Assembly: GCA_039818205.1 (NCBI GenBank)
Contig: JBCBUK010000007.1
Location: forward strand, 128,001-192,000
Length of the DNA stretch: 64,000 nucleotides
Direction: 5' to 3'
Source: Verrucomicrobiota bacterium
Lineage (GTDB): Bacteria; Verrucomicrobiota; Verrucomicrobiia; Opitutales; Cerasicoccaceae
Position 1 is the first letter of the stretch, and each line of letters opens with the position of its first letter. Shown here one piece after another: positions 37,729-48,311 of this stretch. Under the pieces are notes generated by a model. That model was not told the DNA's origin and ran no database searches. It saw only the letters and a program-made list of their open reading frames with translations. The position numbers were made by a program, and so were the translations under genes.

Positions 37729-38628
37729 CTATTTCTCCGACAATTTCTTGAGGGTTTCCTTGAGGCTTTTGATCTCGGCTTCAAGGCGATCGATCCCGTG
37801 GTGGATCTCCGCTTGCTCCCCAATGGCATCAACGAGCCGGGTCGGCTCTGCAGGTTTCTCGCGCTGTTCAAGCTTGGCATCATTCATACTACTGAGAATT
37901 ACACCGATAAAGAGGTTGATCATCACCATTGCTCCAACAACGACAAACGTAATAAAATAAAGCACCGCCCAAATACCGAAGGCATGCGGATCGGGGCCAA
38001 TCGGGATGGCTCCCTGAGCATGATAGACATTCGATCCATAGACCGCCGTGTACATGACGTCAGTCCAGTCCTCCAGTGTGACCACCCGAAACAGCGTAAT
38101 CAAGGACAGGCCCAGATCGCCGAAGTGTCCCGGATCGTTCCCTCGGAAGAACATCGTCCCCATCACCGCATAGACATAAAAGTGTAAGCCGAGGAGGATC
38201 GACACATAGAACATCGACGGAATGCTATGCAAAAGAGCCGCGACGAGGACCTGCAACCGTGGAACGGCAGTGATGAGACGCAGCGCCCGCAAGATCCGAG
38301 CTAAGCGCACGACCGCCACCCAGCTACCCGCCGCCGGGACAAAGCACACCGCCACGATCGAGAAATCAAAGATGTTCCATCCACTCTTGAAGTATCGCCA
38401 CGGCTTGCGGCCTTCCGCGCCCACCTTGATGATGACCTCTGCGACGAAAATCCACAAAATCGTTCGGTCCAATACGTGCATCAGCGTGTGAAACCGCTCC
38501 ATGACTGTCACGGAGGTTTCCAAACCAACGACGATGCCCGCCAGAACGATCACGCCGATGATAAATCGCTCAAACCAGCTGGAATCTCGAACGCTAACGC
38601 AAAACGACTGGAGCTTCTCAATTGTCAC
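37729..38628 (-). CDS. Bacterial voltage-gated (BacNav-like) ion channel
   Basis: WNIFDF, S4 RLARILRALRL, filter TLEDWTD, S6 INLFIGVI, C-terminal coiled coil. GTG start at 38628 is inferred. Confidence 0.92.
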   Translation of the reverse strand: MTIEKLQSFCVSVRDSSWFERFIIGVIVLAGIVVGLETSVTVMERFHTLMHVLDRTILWIFVAEVIIKVGAEGRKPWRYFKSGWNIFDFSIVAVCFVPAAGSWVAVVRLARILRALRLITAVPRLQVLVAALLHSIPSMFYVSILLGLHFYVYAVMGTMFFRGNDPGHFGDLGLSLITLFRVVTLEDWTDVMYTAVYGSNVYHAQGAIPIGPDPHAFGIWAVLYFITFVVVGAMVMINLFIGVILSSMNDAKLEQREKPAEPTRLVDAIGEQAEIHHGIDRLEAEIKSLKETLKKLSEK

Positions 38629-38699
38629 GGCGAACTCTGTTGAAGGAAATTGTCGCAGGATTCTTGAAGCGCAACTGTTCTTTTTCGAATTAGCCAACA

Positions 38700-38731
38700 A
38701 ACAAAAAATCCCCGGCCAAAAACCGGGGATT
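38700..38731 (-). terminator. Intrinsic terminator after rpmJ-rpmE
   Basis: Stem AATCCCCGG / CCGGGGATT (38707-38731) followed by a T-run on the minus strand. Confidence 0.8.
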
Positions 38732-38757
38732 AGAAAAAATCAAGAAATACGCAGATC

Positions 38758-39012
38758 CTAGCCGCGGCGGCGCTGGCGGCTGAACTTCTTCTCGAACTTC
38801 TCCACACGACCAGCAGTGTCGACGAAACGCTTTTCGCCGGTGTAGGCCGGGTGTGAGTCCATGGTCACATCGCAAACGAGCACGTTGTATTCAACGCCGT
38901 CGATGGTTTCCTTTTGCTTGGACTTCAACGTGGAGTTAGTGAGGAACTTCTTGCCGCTGGAGACGTCGACGAAGCAAACAGGATTGTATGCGGGATGGAG
39001 CTCAGTTTTCAC
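38758..39012 (-). CDS. rpmE: 50S ribosomal protein L31, type B
   Basis: MKTELHPAY..VCFVD...DSHPAYTGEKRFVDTAGRVEKF; no CxxC. Confidence 0.95.
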   Translation of the reverse strand: MKTELHPAYNPVCFVDVSSGKKFLTNSTLKSKQKETIDGVEYNVLVCDVTMDSHPAYTGEKRFVDTAGRVEKFEKKFSRQRRRG

Positions 39013-39034
39013 GGTGCAATAAATTGGTTGGAAA

Positions 39035-39160
39035 CTAACCCTGGCGTGCTTTAAAACGCGGGTTGGTCTTGTTAATAACGTAAATACGGCCGCGACGGCG
39101 AACCACTTGGCAATCCGGGTGGCGATTCTTAAGCGACTTAATGGAAGATACTACTTTCAT
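39035..39160 (-). CDS. rpmJ: 50S ribosomal protein L36, type B (YkgO-like)
   Basis: Hand translation: [41 protein letters not shown] (41 aa); below the ORF-track cutoff. Confidence 0.96.
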   Translation of the reverse strand: MKVVSSIKSLKNRHPDCQVVRRRGRIYVINKTNPRFKARQG

Positions 39161-39328
39161 GACCTCTGAAATTTGGGAAAACGAGGAAAAAAGCTCGTAT
39201 CGCCGCCCCTGTCAACGGATTTTTCACCGAAGCTCGGATATTTTTCAAAAATTGATCTTGCCTTCCCGCAATCTCACACCCATTTTCCTCCGCTTTTCAT
39301 TGAGCAAACTTTCAACACACGAGAAACC

Positions 39329-39559
39329 ATGTCCCGAATTTGTACCGTAACCGGCAAGCGCCCTGTGAAAGGCCGCCGAATTCACCGCAGTGGTCTGACC
39401 AAGAAAAGTGGTGGTATCGGAACCCACGTCACCAAGACTGTAAAGCGCACTTTCCGCCCAAATCTCCAGCATATCCGAGTGAAGCTGCCAAGCGGTCAAG
39501 TCAAGCGCATGTGGGTCTCCGTTAAGGCGATCAAGGCTGGCAAGATCGAGAAGGCCTAG
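39329..39559 (+). CDS. rpmB: 50S ribosomal protein L28
   Basis: MSRICTVTGKRP...KRTFRPNLQ. Confidence 0.96.
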   Translation: MSRICTVTGKRPVKGRRIHRSGLTKKSGGIGTHVTKTVKRTFRPNLQHIRVKLPSGQVKRMWVSVKAIKAGKIEKA

Positions 39560-39586
39560 TCAACCGATCCTTCAATCAAATTTCCC

Positions 39587-39619
39587 AAGCGACTCGCGTC
39601 TATGCCAGTCGCTTTTTTG
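39587..39619 (+). terminator. Intrinsic terminator after rpmB
   Basis: AAGCGACT...AGTCGCTT followed by TTTT. Confidence 0.7.
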
Positions 39620-39776
39620 TGTCGCAAGCGGTCTTTGAATCTTGAGATTGCATTTTTTCACGAGAAAAGTATCAGAGTTGAAGATCATTCTTTCCTCAAA
39701 CACACGTCTTGGTTTGACCGTGAGTTTGACTTGCAACCTAGTGGAAAAGCACTGAATCTGCCACGAGATAATCCTC

Positions 39777-40739
39777 ATGCCCGCCAAAAGCCTGCATCGT
39801 CACTATTCAATTCCGTATCTCGATTTCACCGATTTCTGGGATATCTGCGGATACTTTCTTCGTGTGCAACCCCAGTTCAAGAAGATCCGCTACAGTATCT
39901 TTACCGCGGAAGCCCCAATCATCGAGGACGAGCAAGACATTTCGCTGATACTCAAAGTCTTGCACGACAAAGCTCAGTCCGTTGCGCGTTTTCACGCGAC
40001 GCTCTATGATGGGGGTGATGATTTCGGGCCCGTCGCAAAAGTTGACTACGTTACCGAGGCTGGCGATACCGCCGCGACCCCGATGGGCCTCACCGTCCAG
40101 ACGCCTGAGATCACCCGGATGAATACCTTTGAGTTTGAGGAAGTGCTCTTCGAGAAATACAATCTCGATGAGGACCTCGAACCACGAATTGAATTTGGGA
40201 TCCCCTGCGAGGTGTTGGCCGCGATCATTGACCTACGTGGGTTCTCTGCCTTCTGTGAACAGCCCCAAATTGAGAGCCCATACACCTGCGGGCTCATGTA
40301 CGCATTTTACCAAAGCGTTGAACAACGCTTTCATAAATACCGCCCCGACCTGATCAAGTATCTGGGCGATGGTGTGCTGGTCCTCTGGGAGACCACCTAC
40401 GAAGATCGCGCCGCAGCGCTAAATGTCTGCCTCAACGGCATGCGCGAACTCCAGGACAAGTGGAACTCAGTCCGCCGCAGCCCGCAGTTCAGCCATGGTG
40501 CACCCGAACAAGTTGCGGTCGGTATTTCATTTGGACTAGCGAGCCAAATTCCTGGTGCCGACGACTATATTGGCCGCCCGCTCAACGTCGCAAGCCGCCT
40601 TTGCAGCGTTTGTGGAGGTTCCGATATCTTGATCGACAAATCAGTGCCAGGCCTGGATGACACCATTCCAAAGGACGATATTTCCGTCCACATCAAATCC
40701 TTCGGCCGCTACCACGTCTGGCGCGTGCGAACACGCTAG
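39777..40739 (+). CDS. Class III adenylate/guanylate cyclase domain protein
   Basis: IIDLRGFS, IKYLGDGV, DYIGRPLNVASRL. Confidence 0.85.
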   Translation: MPAKSLHRHYSIPYLDFTDFWDICGYFLRVQPQFKKIRYSIFTAEAPIIEDEQDISLILKVLHDKAQSVARFHATLYDGGDDFGPVAKVDYVTEAGDTAATPMGLTVQTPEITRMNTFEFEEVLFEKYNLDEDLEPRIEFGIPCEVLAAIIDLRGFSAFCEQPQIESPYTCGLMYAFYQSVEQRFHKYRPDLIKYLGDGVLVLWETTYEDRAAALNVCLNGMRELQDKWNSVRRSPQFSHGAPEQVAVGISFGLASQIPGADDYIGRPLNVASRLCSVCGGSDILIDKSVPGLDDTIPKDDISVHIKSFGRYHVWRVRTR

Positions 40740-40769
40740 AGCACTCAATTTCGGTCGTTGAATCCTCGT

Positions 40770-41159
40770 TTAAGTCGACTCGCAACGAGCCGAATCGGCT
40801 TCATCCGATTCTTCAACAACCGGGAACTCTGCAACGAACGCGTAATCGTTGGCGTCAAACTGAAGTGACTTAAACAGTGCGATCAATCGCTTCCAACGAA
40901 ACAGCGGGTCGGGGCCGTAGCTCCTGCGCTTTGCCTCTTGCTCGAGCTCCGCGTAGAGTTGACCAATCTCATCCTCAAGGCCCGCACGGTTCGCGGCGGT
41001 GACCTCGAGGCGATCCTGAATTGCCTGATCTAAGAGAGGTAGAGCGAGCGCCTCGATCTTGGGCACAACAACCGCTTCCAGCTCCTGATCAAGGCAGACC
41101 AGCAACCGATGTGTCATCCGATCTGGCTCTTTGCGCGAAATCTGTAAATAGAAACTCAC
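40770..41159 (-). CDS. Hypothetical protein
   Basis: 129-aa ORF filling the gap between the cyclase and ppk1; no motif recognised. Confidence 0.55.
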   Translation of the reverse strand: MSFYLQISRKEPDRMTHRLLVCLDQELEAVVVPKIEALALPLLDQAIQDRLEVTAANRAGLEDEIGQLYAELEQEAKRRSYGPDPLFRWKRLIALFKSLQFDANDYAFVAEFPVVEESDEADSARCEST

Positions 41160-41381
41160 CGTGATTCCAAACCCTAAGACCTAACGGTTCCCCAGCGGGT
41201 TTCAAAGCACAAAAACCCGCACATCAAAGGGCCCGATCTGATAGTCCGTCATCACTTTTCAAAAGGCTTTAAAGAATCACTATTGTCACTTATTCGTTGC
41301 ACTAGAACCGCTTAGCAAAGGAAATTATCCTTGGCTTTGAACAGCTTATGCGAGATACGTGACCTAGCACATTCCTTGGCA

Positions 41382-43499
41382 ATGACCCGTAAAACCACTC
41401 GCTCAAAAAAAGTCGCTTACTTTAACCGTGAACTCAGCTGGCTGGCCTTCAATCGCCGCGTGCTGGAGTTATCGTTAAGCGAGAAACAACCGCTACTCGA
41501 GCGCCTCAAATTCCTTTCGATCGTCAGCTCAAACCTCGACGAGTTTTTTGAGATTCGCGTCGCTGGGCTAGTCCAACAGGTTGAGTCGGGAGTCCTTGAG
41601 GTTGGCATCGATGGCCTGGGCCCCAAAGAGCAGCTCCGTCGCATTCACAGTATCACGGGCTCGCTCGTGAAAGACCAGTATGAGTGTTGGCACGATCAAC
41701 TCGTGCCCGCGATGAAGAAGGAAGGAATCCTTTTCAAAGGTCGAAAAGATCTGACTCGCCGCGAACTGGCCTGGGCGAAAAAGTATTTTGAAGAACAAGT
41801 TTACCCGGTGCTGACTCCGATGGGGCTCGACCCGTCTCATCCATTCCCCCAACTCGCCAACAAATCGCTCAATATTTTGGTCAAACTGGTTGATCCTGGG
41901 CGTGGACGCAAAGAACACCGTGTCGCGGTGATTCCGGTACCCCGCATTCTTCCGCGCGTGGTTCCCATCGAGCTTGAGGGAGAGGACAGCACCCAGACGT
42001 ACATTTTCCTGAGCGACCTGATAAAAATGTTCGATGAAGCTCTCTTCCCGGGCTACCGAATGAAAGGGGCATGGGCCTTCCGCATTACGAGGAATAGCGA
42101 CCTCTACATCGACGAAGAAGAGGTCGAAAACCTTCTCACGAAGATCGAAGAAGAGCTCCACAAAATCCGCAAGGGTGCCCCCGTCCGCTTAGAGATCGAA
42201 CACGACGTCGATGAGGACATGCTGGAGAGCCTGCTGCGCGCCAACGACATTCCATCGGAATATGTATTTCGCATTGATGGACCGATCAATATGATGCGCC
42301 TGATGAGTGTCTATGGGATGGTTGAACGCCCGGACCTCAAAGACAAGCCGCTCCAAACCCGCACCCCAGAAGGGCTCTGCCATGCGTCCGACATTTTCAA
42401 AAACATCCGTGAACGGGACTACCTGCTTCATCACCCATTCGATTCCTTTACCCCGGTTGTTGAGTTCCTTTATCAAGCGGCCCGCGACCCCAAGGTGTTT
42501 GCGATCAAACAAACACTCTATCGTACCAGTGGTGACTCGCCGGTAATCGAGGCGCTCAAACTCGCGTCCAACAATGGCAAGCAAGTCACCGCATTGGTTG
42601 AGCTCAAAGCCCGCTTCGATGAAGCCAATAATATCCAATGGGCTCGCGAACTCGAGGAAGTCGGCGTCCATGTGGTTTACGGACTGGCCGGCCTCAAGAC
42701 TCATTGCAAATGCAGCCTAGTCGTTCGACGGGAAGGCAATGGCTTGCGCCGCTACGCACACCTCGGCACGGGAAATTACAACCCGAAGACTGCGAAGCTT
42801 TATACTGACCTAAGCCTGATGACCGCCAACGAGGCGCTTACCAGCGAAATCGCGGATTTGTTCAATACGCTAACCGGTTTTTCGCGCTCGCCGCATTTCG
42901 AGAAATTGTTGGTAGCCCCTTTCACCCTGCACTCCGAAATTCAAAAGCGTATTAAACGCGAAACGCGTAATGCCAAAGCCGGCAAACCGGCCCGAATCAT
43001 TGCCAAGTGCAATAGCCTCATTGAGAAAGAAACGATCAACAACCTCTACGACGCATCAAAGGCCGGCGTATCGATCGACCTCATTGTGCGCGGCATTTGC
43101 TCGCTAGTACCTGGCGTCAACGGAATGAGCGAAAACATTCGGGTGCGCAGCATCGTCGGTCGCTTTCTCGAGCACAGCCGCATCTACTATTTTGAAAACG
43201 GCGACAACGAACCTGAAGTCTATATTGGCAGCGCCGACTGGATGGCACGTAACTTCTTTCGCCGTATCGAATGCGTATTCCCGATCCAAGATCCCGATCT
43301 CAAGGCACGACTGATCAATGAGATCTTGCCGCCATACCTGAAGGATACTGATGCCAGAATTTTGAAACCAAATGGTGCCTACGGTCCCGTTCGGCGAACA
43401 AAGACTGACGAAGAATTTTTCTCCCAACAGTACTTCTTCGACAACCCAATTGGCTATCCGAAACCTACGGAGCCTCCGGCCGATGCCCCCAAGGCCTAA
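41382..43499 (+). CDS. ppk1: Polyphosphate kinase 1
   Basis: [58 protein letters not shown]. Confidence 0.97.
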   Translation: MTRKTTRSKKVAYFNRELSWLAFNRRVLELSLSEKQPLLERLKFLSIVSSNLDEFFEIRVAGLVQQVESGVLEVGIDGLGPKEQLRRIHSITGSLVKDQYECWHDQLVPAMKKEGILFKGRKDLTRRELAWAKKYFEEQVYPVLTPMGLDPSHPFPQLANKSLNILVKLVDPGRGRKEHRVAVIPVPRILPRVVPIELEGEDSTQTYIFLSDLIKMFDEALFPGYRMKGAWAFRITRNSDLYIDEEEVENLLTKIEEELHKIRKGAPVRLEIEHDVDEDMLESLLRANDIPSEYVFRIDGPINMMRLMSVYGMVERPDLKDKPLQTRTPEGLCHASDIFKNIRERDYLLHHPFDSFTPVVEFLYQAARDPKVFAIKQTLYRTSGDSPVIEALKLASNNGKQVTALVELKARFDEANNIQWARELEEVGVHVVYGLAGLKTHCKCSLVVRREGNGLRRYAHLGTGNYNPKTAKLYTDLSLMTANEALTSEIADLFNTLTGFSRSPHFEKLLVAPFTLHSEIQKRIKRETRNAKAGKPARIIAKCNSLIEKETINNLYDASKAGVSIDLIVRGICSLVPGVNGMSENIRVRSIVGRFLEHSRIYYFENGDNEPEVYIGSADWMARNFFRRIECVFPIQDPDLKARLINEILPPYLKDTDARILKPNGAYGPVRRTKTDEEFFSQQYFFDNPIGYPKPTEPPADAPKA

Positions 43500-43514
43500 G
43501 TCGAAGAACGGACC

Positions 43515-44285
43515 TCAGTTTCCTTCGTTATCAACAACCTTATAAGAGGTTGGCTTCGTAAAGTAGAAACTTAGCAAGCCTTCATTGGTATCGACCTCTC
43601 TCACGGTGGTCATCGCGATCATCTTATCGTCGAAATAAGTCCGGATCCGATGCGGTATGTTGATGCCCCTGACGGCACGATAATCTTCGAACAAAAACTC
43701 CAGTGGCTTTTCATCCGCTGACGGTCGATAGGCGCGGCGAGATTCCAAGAACGTCACCCCGTTAAGCCAAATATCGAGGATATCGCCCTCCCGAGGATTC
43801 GTCAGACGAATGTGATACTCCGCTTGGTCTTCACTACCAGCCTCGGGCATTTCCAAACCCAACAACTCCGCGCGAAATCCGTAAGCAAATGGCTTATCGA
43901 GCGGTGTTAGATACGAGTTCATTATTCGAAAAAAGCGAAGCGCTTTTGGATCGAGCTCCCTCGCACCCTTCTCGGGATTTCCTGCGACCCATCGCCAAGC
44001 CTTGGATCCGTCAAACACCTGGATGACTGACTCGCCATCACAAGAAACTTCGTACCGAATCTCTCCCGAGTCACGCTGATTCAGTTTGTAAGTGAAGGTC
44101 AGGTTTCCCTGGATCGTTTCACCTTCAATGCCAATACTTTTTAGGTTTCGCAGGCTTGCGTACTCACCCCGTGCACTTTGGTAGCGAATGATTAAATCAT
44201 TCAAGTCTTCATTCGTAACCCTGCCAGTAAGCGCGGTTGCGAACAGCAAGCTCAGACCAAGAAAATTTGTAAGCTGTTTAAACAA
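43515..44285 (-). CDS. Secreted LolA-like/lipoprotein-sorting family protein
   Basis: Signal peptide; VFDGSKAW and FEDYRAVRGINIPH pattern. Confidence 0.6.
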   Translation of the reverse strand: MFKQLTNFLGLSLLFATALTGRVTNEDLNDLIIRYQSARGEYASLRNLKSIGIEGETIQGNLTFTYKLNQRDSGEIRYEVSCDGESVIQVFDGSKAWRWVAGNPEKGARELDPKALRFFRIMNSYLTPLDKPFAYGFRAELLGLEMPEAGSEDQAEYHIRLTNPREGDILDIWLNGVTFLESRRAYRPSADEKPLEFLFEDYRAVRGINIPHRIRTYFDDKMIAMTTVREVDTNEGLLSFYFTKPTSYKVVDNEGN

Positions 44286-44399
44286 TAGGACTAATCAATT
44301 TTATAGTGTCCTGCAAACATACGCCATGTTTGCTGCAGCACAATGACTTTGATCGGGAAAAGCCAGCAATGATTAACCCCGCGAACTGGTGAAAGTTAG

Positions 44400-45989
44400 C
44401 TAAGCTTCGCCCTGATCGAGGGCAATCTTGTATTGGAACGCGTCCCGCAGGGCTTCCAACGATGCTTCAATGATATCATCGGAAGCTCCAACGGTTCCCC
44501 AAATATGTTCTCCATCCGTGGACTCAACCTGAACTCGGATGATCGCCTTAACGCCTTTTTGTCCGTCGAGAATCCGAACCTTGAAATCCGTTAACCGAAC
44601 ATCATGGACTTGCGGGAACTCCGCCTCCAATGCCTTGCGCAAGGCAGCATCCACGGCACCGACGGGACCCGTCGATTCACCGACGACATGGTAGATATTT
44701 TCGCCAATCTGCAATTTGATGGTCGCCTCGGCAGTCACGTCGTCCTTCCACTCACCATACTCATCGATGACCTTATAATTAAGGATTTTGAAAGGCTCGG
44801 CCTTTTGGTCGATATACTTGCGGATCAGGAGTTTAAACGAGGCATCGGCAGCTTCATATTCATAACCGCGAAACTCCAACTGCTTGAGCTCGTCAAGGAA
44901 GCCCTTCATTGCCGGAGAAGTCGACTCCACGTCCAAGCCCATTTCATGGGCCTTCATCATAATGGAAGCGCGACCTGACATATCGGACACAACCACTCGG
45001 GTGCGGTTGCCCACAGCCTCCGGCTCAATGTGCTCGTAGGAGTGTTTCACCTTGTTGACCGCATCAGCATGAACGCCGCCCTTATGCACGAAGGCCGAGG
45101 CTCCAACATAGGGTTGCTTGCTATCGTGGCGTTGGTTGGCCAGTTCTGCCGTAAACAATGAGAGATCGCGTAAACGGTTTAGCTGGTCCGAGCAATTCAT
45201 CGGATAGCCCATTTTCAGCGAAAGATTCGGGATAATCGTCGTCAGGTTGGCATTTCCAATGCGTTCACCATAGCCATTCATCGTTCCTTGCACCATCACC
45301 GCGCCGGCTTCGACACCCGCAAGGGAAAGCGCAACGCCCAAACCCGCATCATTATGGCAATGCATGCCAATCTTCGTATCAGGAAAACGGCCCTGGACTT
45401 GGGAAACGATCTCTTGGACCTCACTGACTAATGTGCCACCGTTGGTATCACAAGGAACCAGATACGATGCACCACCGCGCTGGGCCGCCTCCAAAGTCGC
45501 CAGAGCAAACTCCGGATTATCCTTGTAGCCGTCAAAAAAATGCTCCGCATCGTAAACGACCTCGCGCCCATTGTCTTTCAGATAGCGCACCGTGTCCTCA
45601 ATCATCTGGATGTTTTGCTCGGCCGTGGTCCGGAGAACCTCGGTCACGTGCAACAGCCAGGTTTTTCCAAAAATCGTGACCACCGGCGTCTCCGCCTCGA
45701 GCAACAACTTCACCTGCGGATCTTCCTCCACCGCAAATTTAGCCCGACGTGTCGAACCAAACGCAGCCACCTTGGCATGTTTCAGTGACACATTCTTGAT
45801 TTGCTCGAAAAATGCCATGTCTCGCGGGTTGGAACCTGGCCATCCGCCCTCAATGTAATCGATGCCAAACTGATCCAGTTTCTCGGCCAAGCGGACCTTG
45901 GAGCTAACGGTAAACGAAATACCCTCGCCCTGAGTGCCATCCCGGAGCGTGGTATCATAGAGGAAAACGTTGGGTTTCGCGGAGTCCAT
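44400..45989 (-). CDS. cimA: Citramalate synthase
   Basis: YDTTLRDGTQGEG, IEGGWPGSNP, YDAEHFFDGY, HCHND, HKGGVH, C-terminal LeuA-type regulatory domain. Confidence 0.92.
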   Translation of the reverse strand: MDSAKPNVFLYDTTLRDGTQGEGISFTVSSKVRLAEKLDQFGIDYIEGGWPGSNPRDMAFFEQIKNVSLKHAKVAAFGSTRRAKFAVEEDPQVKLLLEAETPVVTIFGKTWLLHVTEVLRTTAEQNIQMIEDTVRYLKDNGREVVYDAEHFFDGYKDNPEFALATLEAAQRGGASYLVPCDTNGGTLVSEVQEIVSQVQGRFPDTKIGMHCHNDAGLGVALSLAGVEAGAVMVQGTMNGYGERIGNANLTTIIPNLSLKMGYPMNCSDQLNRLRDLSLFTAELANQRHDSKQPYVGASAFVHKGGVHADAVNKVKHSYEHIEPEAVGNRTRVVVSDMSGRASIMMKAHEMGLDVESTSPAMKGFLDELKQLEFRGYEYEAADASFKLLIRKYIDQKAEPFKILNYKVIDEYGEWKDDVTAEATIKLQIGENIYHVVGESTGPVGAVDAALRKALEAEFPQVHDVRLTDFKVRILDGQKGVKAIIRVQVESTDGEHIWGTVGASDDIIEASLEALRDAFQYKIALDQGEA

Positions 45990-46100
45990 GGGAACAAAAA
46001 ACAGGTTAGTTTGCTGGATTAGCCGCCAAGGCCAAGCACGAAGTCACGTTTCCGCATTGCATCTTCGAACTTCCACATTCTATTGTAATACGTTTCGACC

Positions 46101-47405
46101 ATGATTCAAACCGACGACCTCAATCCGATGATCAAGCGCGCGATGCTCCTGGGCGTGCGGTTGCCGCGCATGCCCGAAGGCGAAGCGGAGGTCCTGTTGG
46201 AAGAGCTCGAAGAACTGGTCTCCAATTTAGGCATCGGAATCGGCACTAAACGCGTGGTCAAAATCCGCGAGCCCAACGCAGCCTTCCTGCTCGGCCAGGG
46301 CAAAATGCGGGAAATTGCCGAGGAGATTAAACTCCTGGAATGCGATTCACTCATTTTCGATGAGCCGCTATCCCCCGGCCAGCAACGCAATTGGGAACGT
46401 GAACTCGGCGGAAAAATCCTGGTGATCGACCGCCAGGAAATCATTCTGGATATCTTCAACAGCCGAGCGCAGACGCGGGAGGCCTCCCTGCAAGTCGAAT
46501 TGGCTCGGCTCGAGTATGAGCTGCCCCGGATGAAACGGGCCTGGTCCCACCTTGACCGGCAGCGCGGTGGTGGTGCCGTCCAGCGGGATGCGGGGGAAAC
46601 CCAGCTCGAGATGGACCAACGGATGATTCGCCAACGTATCTCCCGACTAAAATCTGAGCTGGATGAGGTGATCCAACATCGTGAGGTGCAGCGAAAACGC
46701 CGTGGCCGCGTCCCGCTGCCAACGGCATCGATCGTCGGCTACACCAACGCCGGCAAGTCCAGTCTGCTAAACCTCATGACCGATTCTGAGGTTTTAGCCG
46801 AAGACAAACTCTTCGCCACACTCGACCCAACAACCCGGCGAACCACCCTTCCCTCCGGCCAGACTCTACTGCTCACCGATACGGTCGGGTTTATTCGCCG
46901 TCTGCCTCACCGCCTGGTCGAAGCCTTTAAGGCGACGCTGGAAGAAGCCGTCGTTGCCACTTTTCTCATCCACGTGCTCGACGCATCCAGCCCCGATGTT
47001 GCCAAGCACTTTGAGACCACCATGAACGTCCTCAAAGAACTCAGCGCCGATGAAAAGCTCATCGTGACCGTGTTCAATAAAGTCGACCAGATTGAGGACC
47101 CGATGCAGCTCGCTATGCTGCGCCACGACTTCCCGGAAGCGCTCTTTGTGAGCGTTAAGACCGGCGAGAACATCGATAAACTCAAAGACAAATTCGAGGC
47201 CTGCATCACCGGCTGGGGTCACCCGGTCGAGCTGATGATTCCCCACGACCGCTACGACCTGGTCAACCGCCTCCACGAAGCTGGCGCTGTCAGCAGCAAA
47301 GAAATCCTCGATGAAGGTGTCCGAATCGAAGGCACCGTTCCCTCTCGAATGCTTGATCCCCTAAAGGCCTTTCTTGTAAACGGCTCAACAACCGCCATAA
47401 AATAG
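46101..47405 (+). CDS. hflX: GTPase HflX
   Basis: GETQLE, GYTNAGKSS, LFATLDPT, DTVGF, NKVD. Confidence 0.97.
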   Translation: MIQTDDLNPMIKRAMLLGVRLPRMPEGEAEVLLEELEELVSNLGIGIGTKRVVKIREPNAAFLLGQGKMREIAEEIKLLECDSLIFDEPLSPGQQRNWERELGGKILVIDRQEIILDIFNSRAQTREASLQVELARLEYELPRMKRAWSHLDRQRGGGAVQRDAGETQLEMDQRMIRQRISRLKSELDEVIQHREVQRKRRGRVPLPTASIVGYTNAGKSSLLNLMTDSEVLAEDKLFATLDPTTRRTTLPSGQTLLLTDTVGFIRRLPHRLVEAFKATLEEAVVATFLIHVLDASSPDVAKHFETTMNVLKELSADEKLIVTVFNKVDQIEDPMQLAMLRHDFPEALFVSVKTGENIDKLKDKFEACITGWGHPVELMIPHDRYDLVNRLHEAGAVSSKEILDEGVRIEGTVPSRMLDPLKAFLVNGSTTAIK

Positions 47406-47413
47406 GGATCGAT

Positions 47414-48253
47414 ATGAAGAGGGTATTGCTATTAATCGCCGCCTTTTGCCTACTGTGCGGCTTTCGTAAAGTGTCTCCGGAGCAAATTGCCCGGGACGTC
47501 ATCCAGCGCACGGAATCGCATTTCAATGTCACCGAGCACGCTGAGCTCTATAAGTATGTCCGCATGGATTCCAAAGGCGTGGTCGCTCAAGGCGAAATGC
47601 TCATCATTTTCCGTTACGGCAAAGATGAAGCCCATGGAATCTTCCGCCTGCTCCCCGATGACGACAACGAGGGCGTCACGTTGATCAGTCGGCAGTCTCC
47701 CAACCAGCTCCCCGAACTCAGCCACTACGATGACAATACCGACAGTGGCGGTCGCATCGGAACCGCCCAAATGCACACCAAGCTCGGTGATACGGACTGG
47801 TTCTTCGAAGGCATCTACGATGATGACAAAATGGACTGGATTTACGAAAAAACCGGTTCCGGAAAATACCGTGGCCACCAGGTCCAAATCATCGAAGGCC
47901 GCTACCGCGATCCTCTGCTCCAGCATGCCTCCGGCTATTCATACCGCCGAATTTTGATTCGCCCAGACAATGACCTGCCAGTCGCCTCAGAGTTCTACAA
48001 TGACCGGGACGAAATTGTCTACACAATCGACCTGCTCCATCGGGAGCACTTTGAGTTCGACAATGATCCCCACGTCCGCACCCGCCAGTTTCAGATCATC
48101 AACTTTCGCGAAGGCTCGACCACAGTTATGACTCGAATCGCCAGCAACTGGGCGCCCAATCTGCCCCCCGAGCTCTACAACCTCGAATTCGCCGACGACT
48201 GGGATGAGGAAACCGACAAGATGATCAAGAATCAACTCATGCCGTTGAACTGA
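47414..48253 (+). CDS. Secreted protein, possibly outer-membrane lipoprotein-sorting family
   Basis: Signal peptide; LGDTDWFFE and SGYSYRRILI resemble LolA-like family motifs. Confidence 0.55.
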   Translation: MKRVLLLIAAFCLLCGFRKVSPEQIARDVIQRTESHFNVTEHAELYKYVRMDSKGVVAQGEMLIIFRYGKDEAHGIFRLLPDDDNEGVTLISRQSPNQLPELSHYDDNTDSGGRIGTAQMHTKLGDTDWFFEGIYDDDKMDWIYEKTGSGKYRGHQVQIIEGRYRDPLLQHASGYSYRRILIRPDNDLPVASEFYNDRDEIVYTIDLLHREHFEFDNDPHVRTRQFQIINFREGSTTVMTRIASNWAPNLPPELYNLEFADDWDEETDKMIKNQLMPLN

Positions 48254-48311
48254 GAGCTACGATTTCGCTTGTGCTGAGATAGCACAAAGTAACCTTTCGG
48301 AAGTCAGGAAA

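Noticed and set aside
39013..39170. Possible ncRNA or leader upstream of rpmE
   Set aside because: The space is explained by the L36 coding sequence.
39777..41159. Pycsar/CBASS-like defence system
   Set aside because: No co-oriented TM or TIR effector; residues fit an ordinary adenylate cyclase; the neighbours are housekeeping genes.
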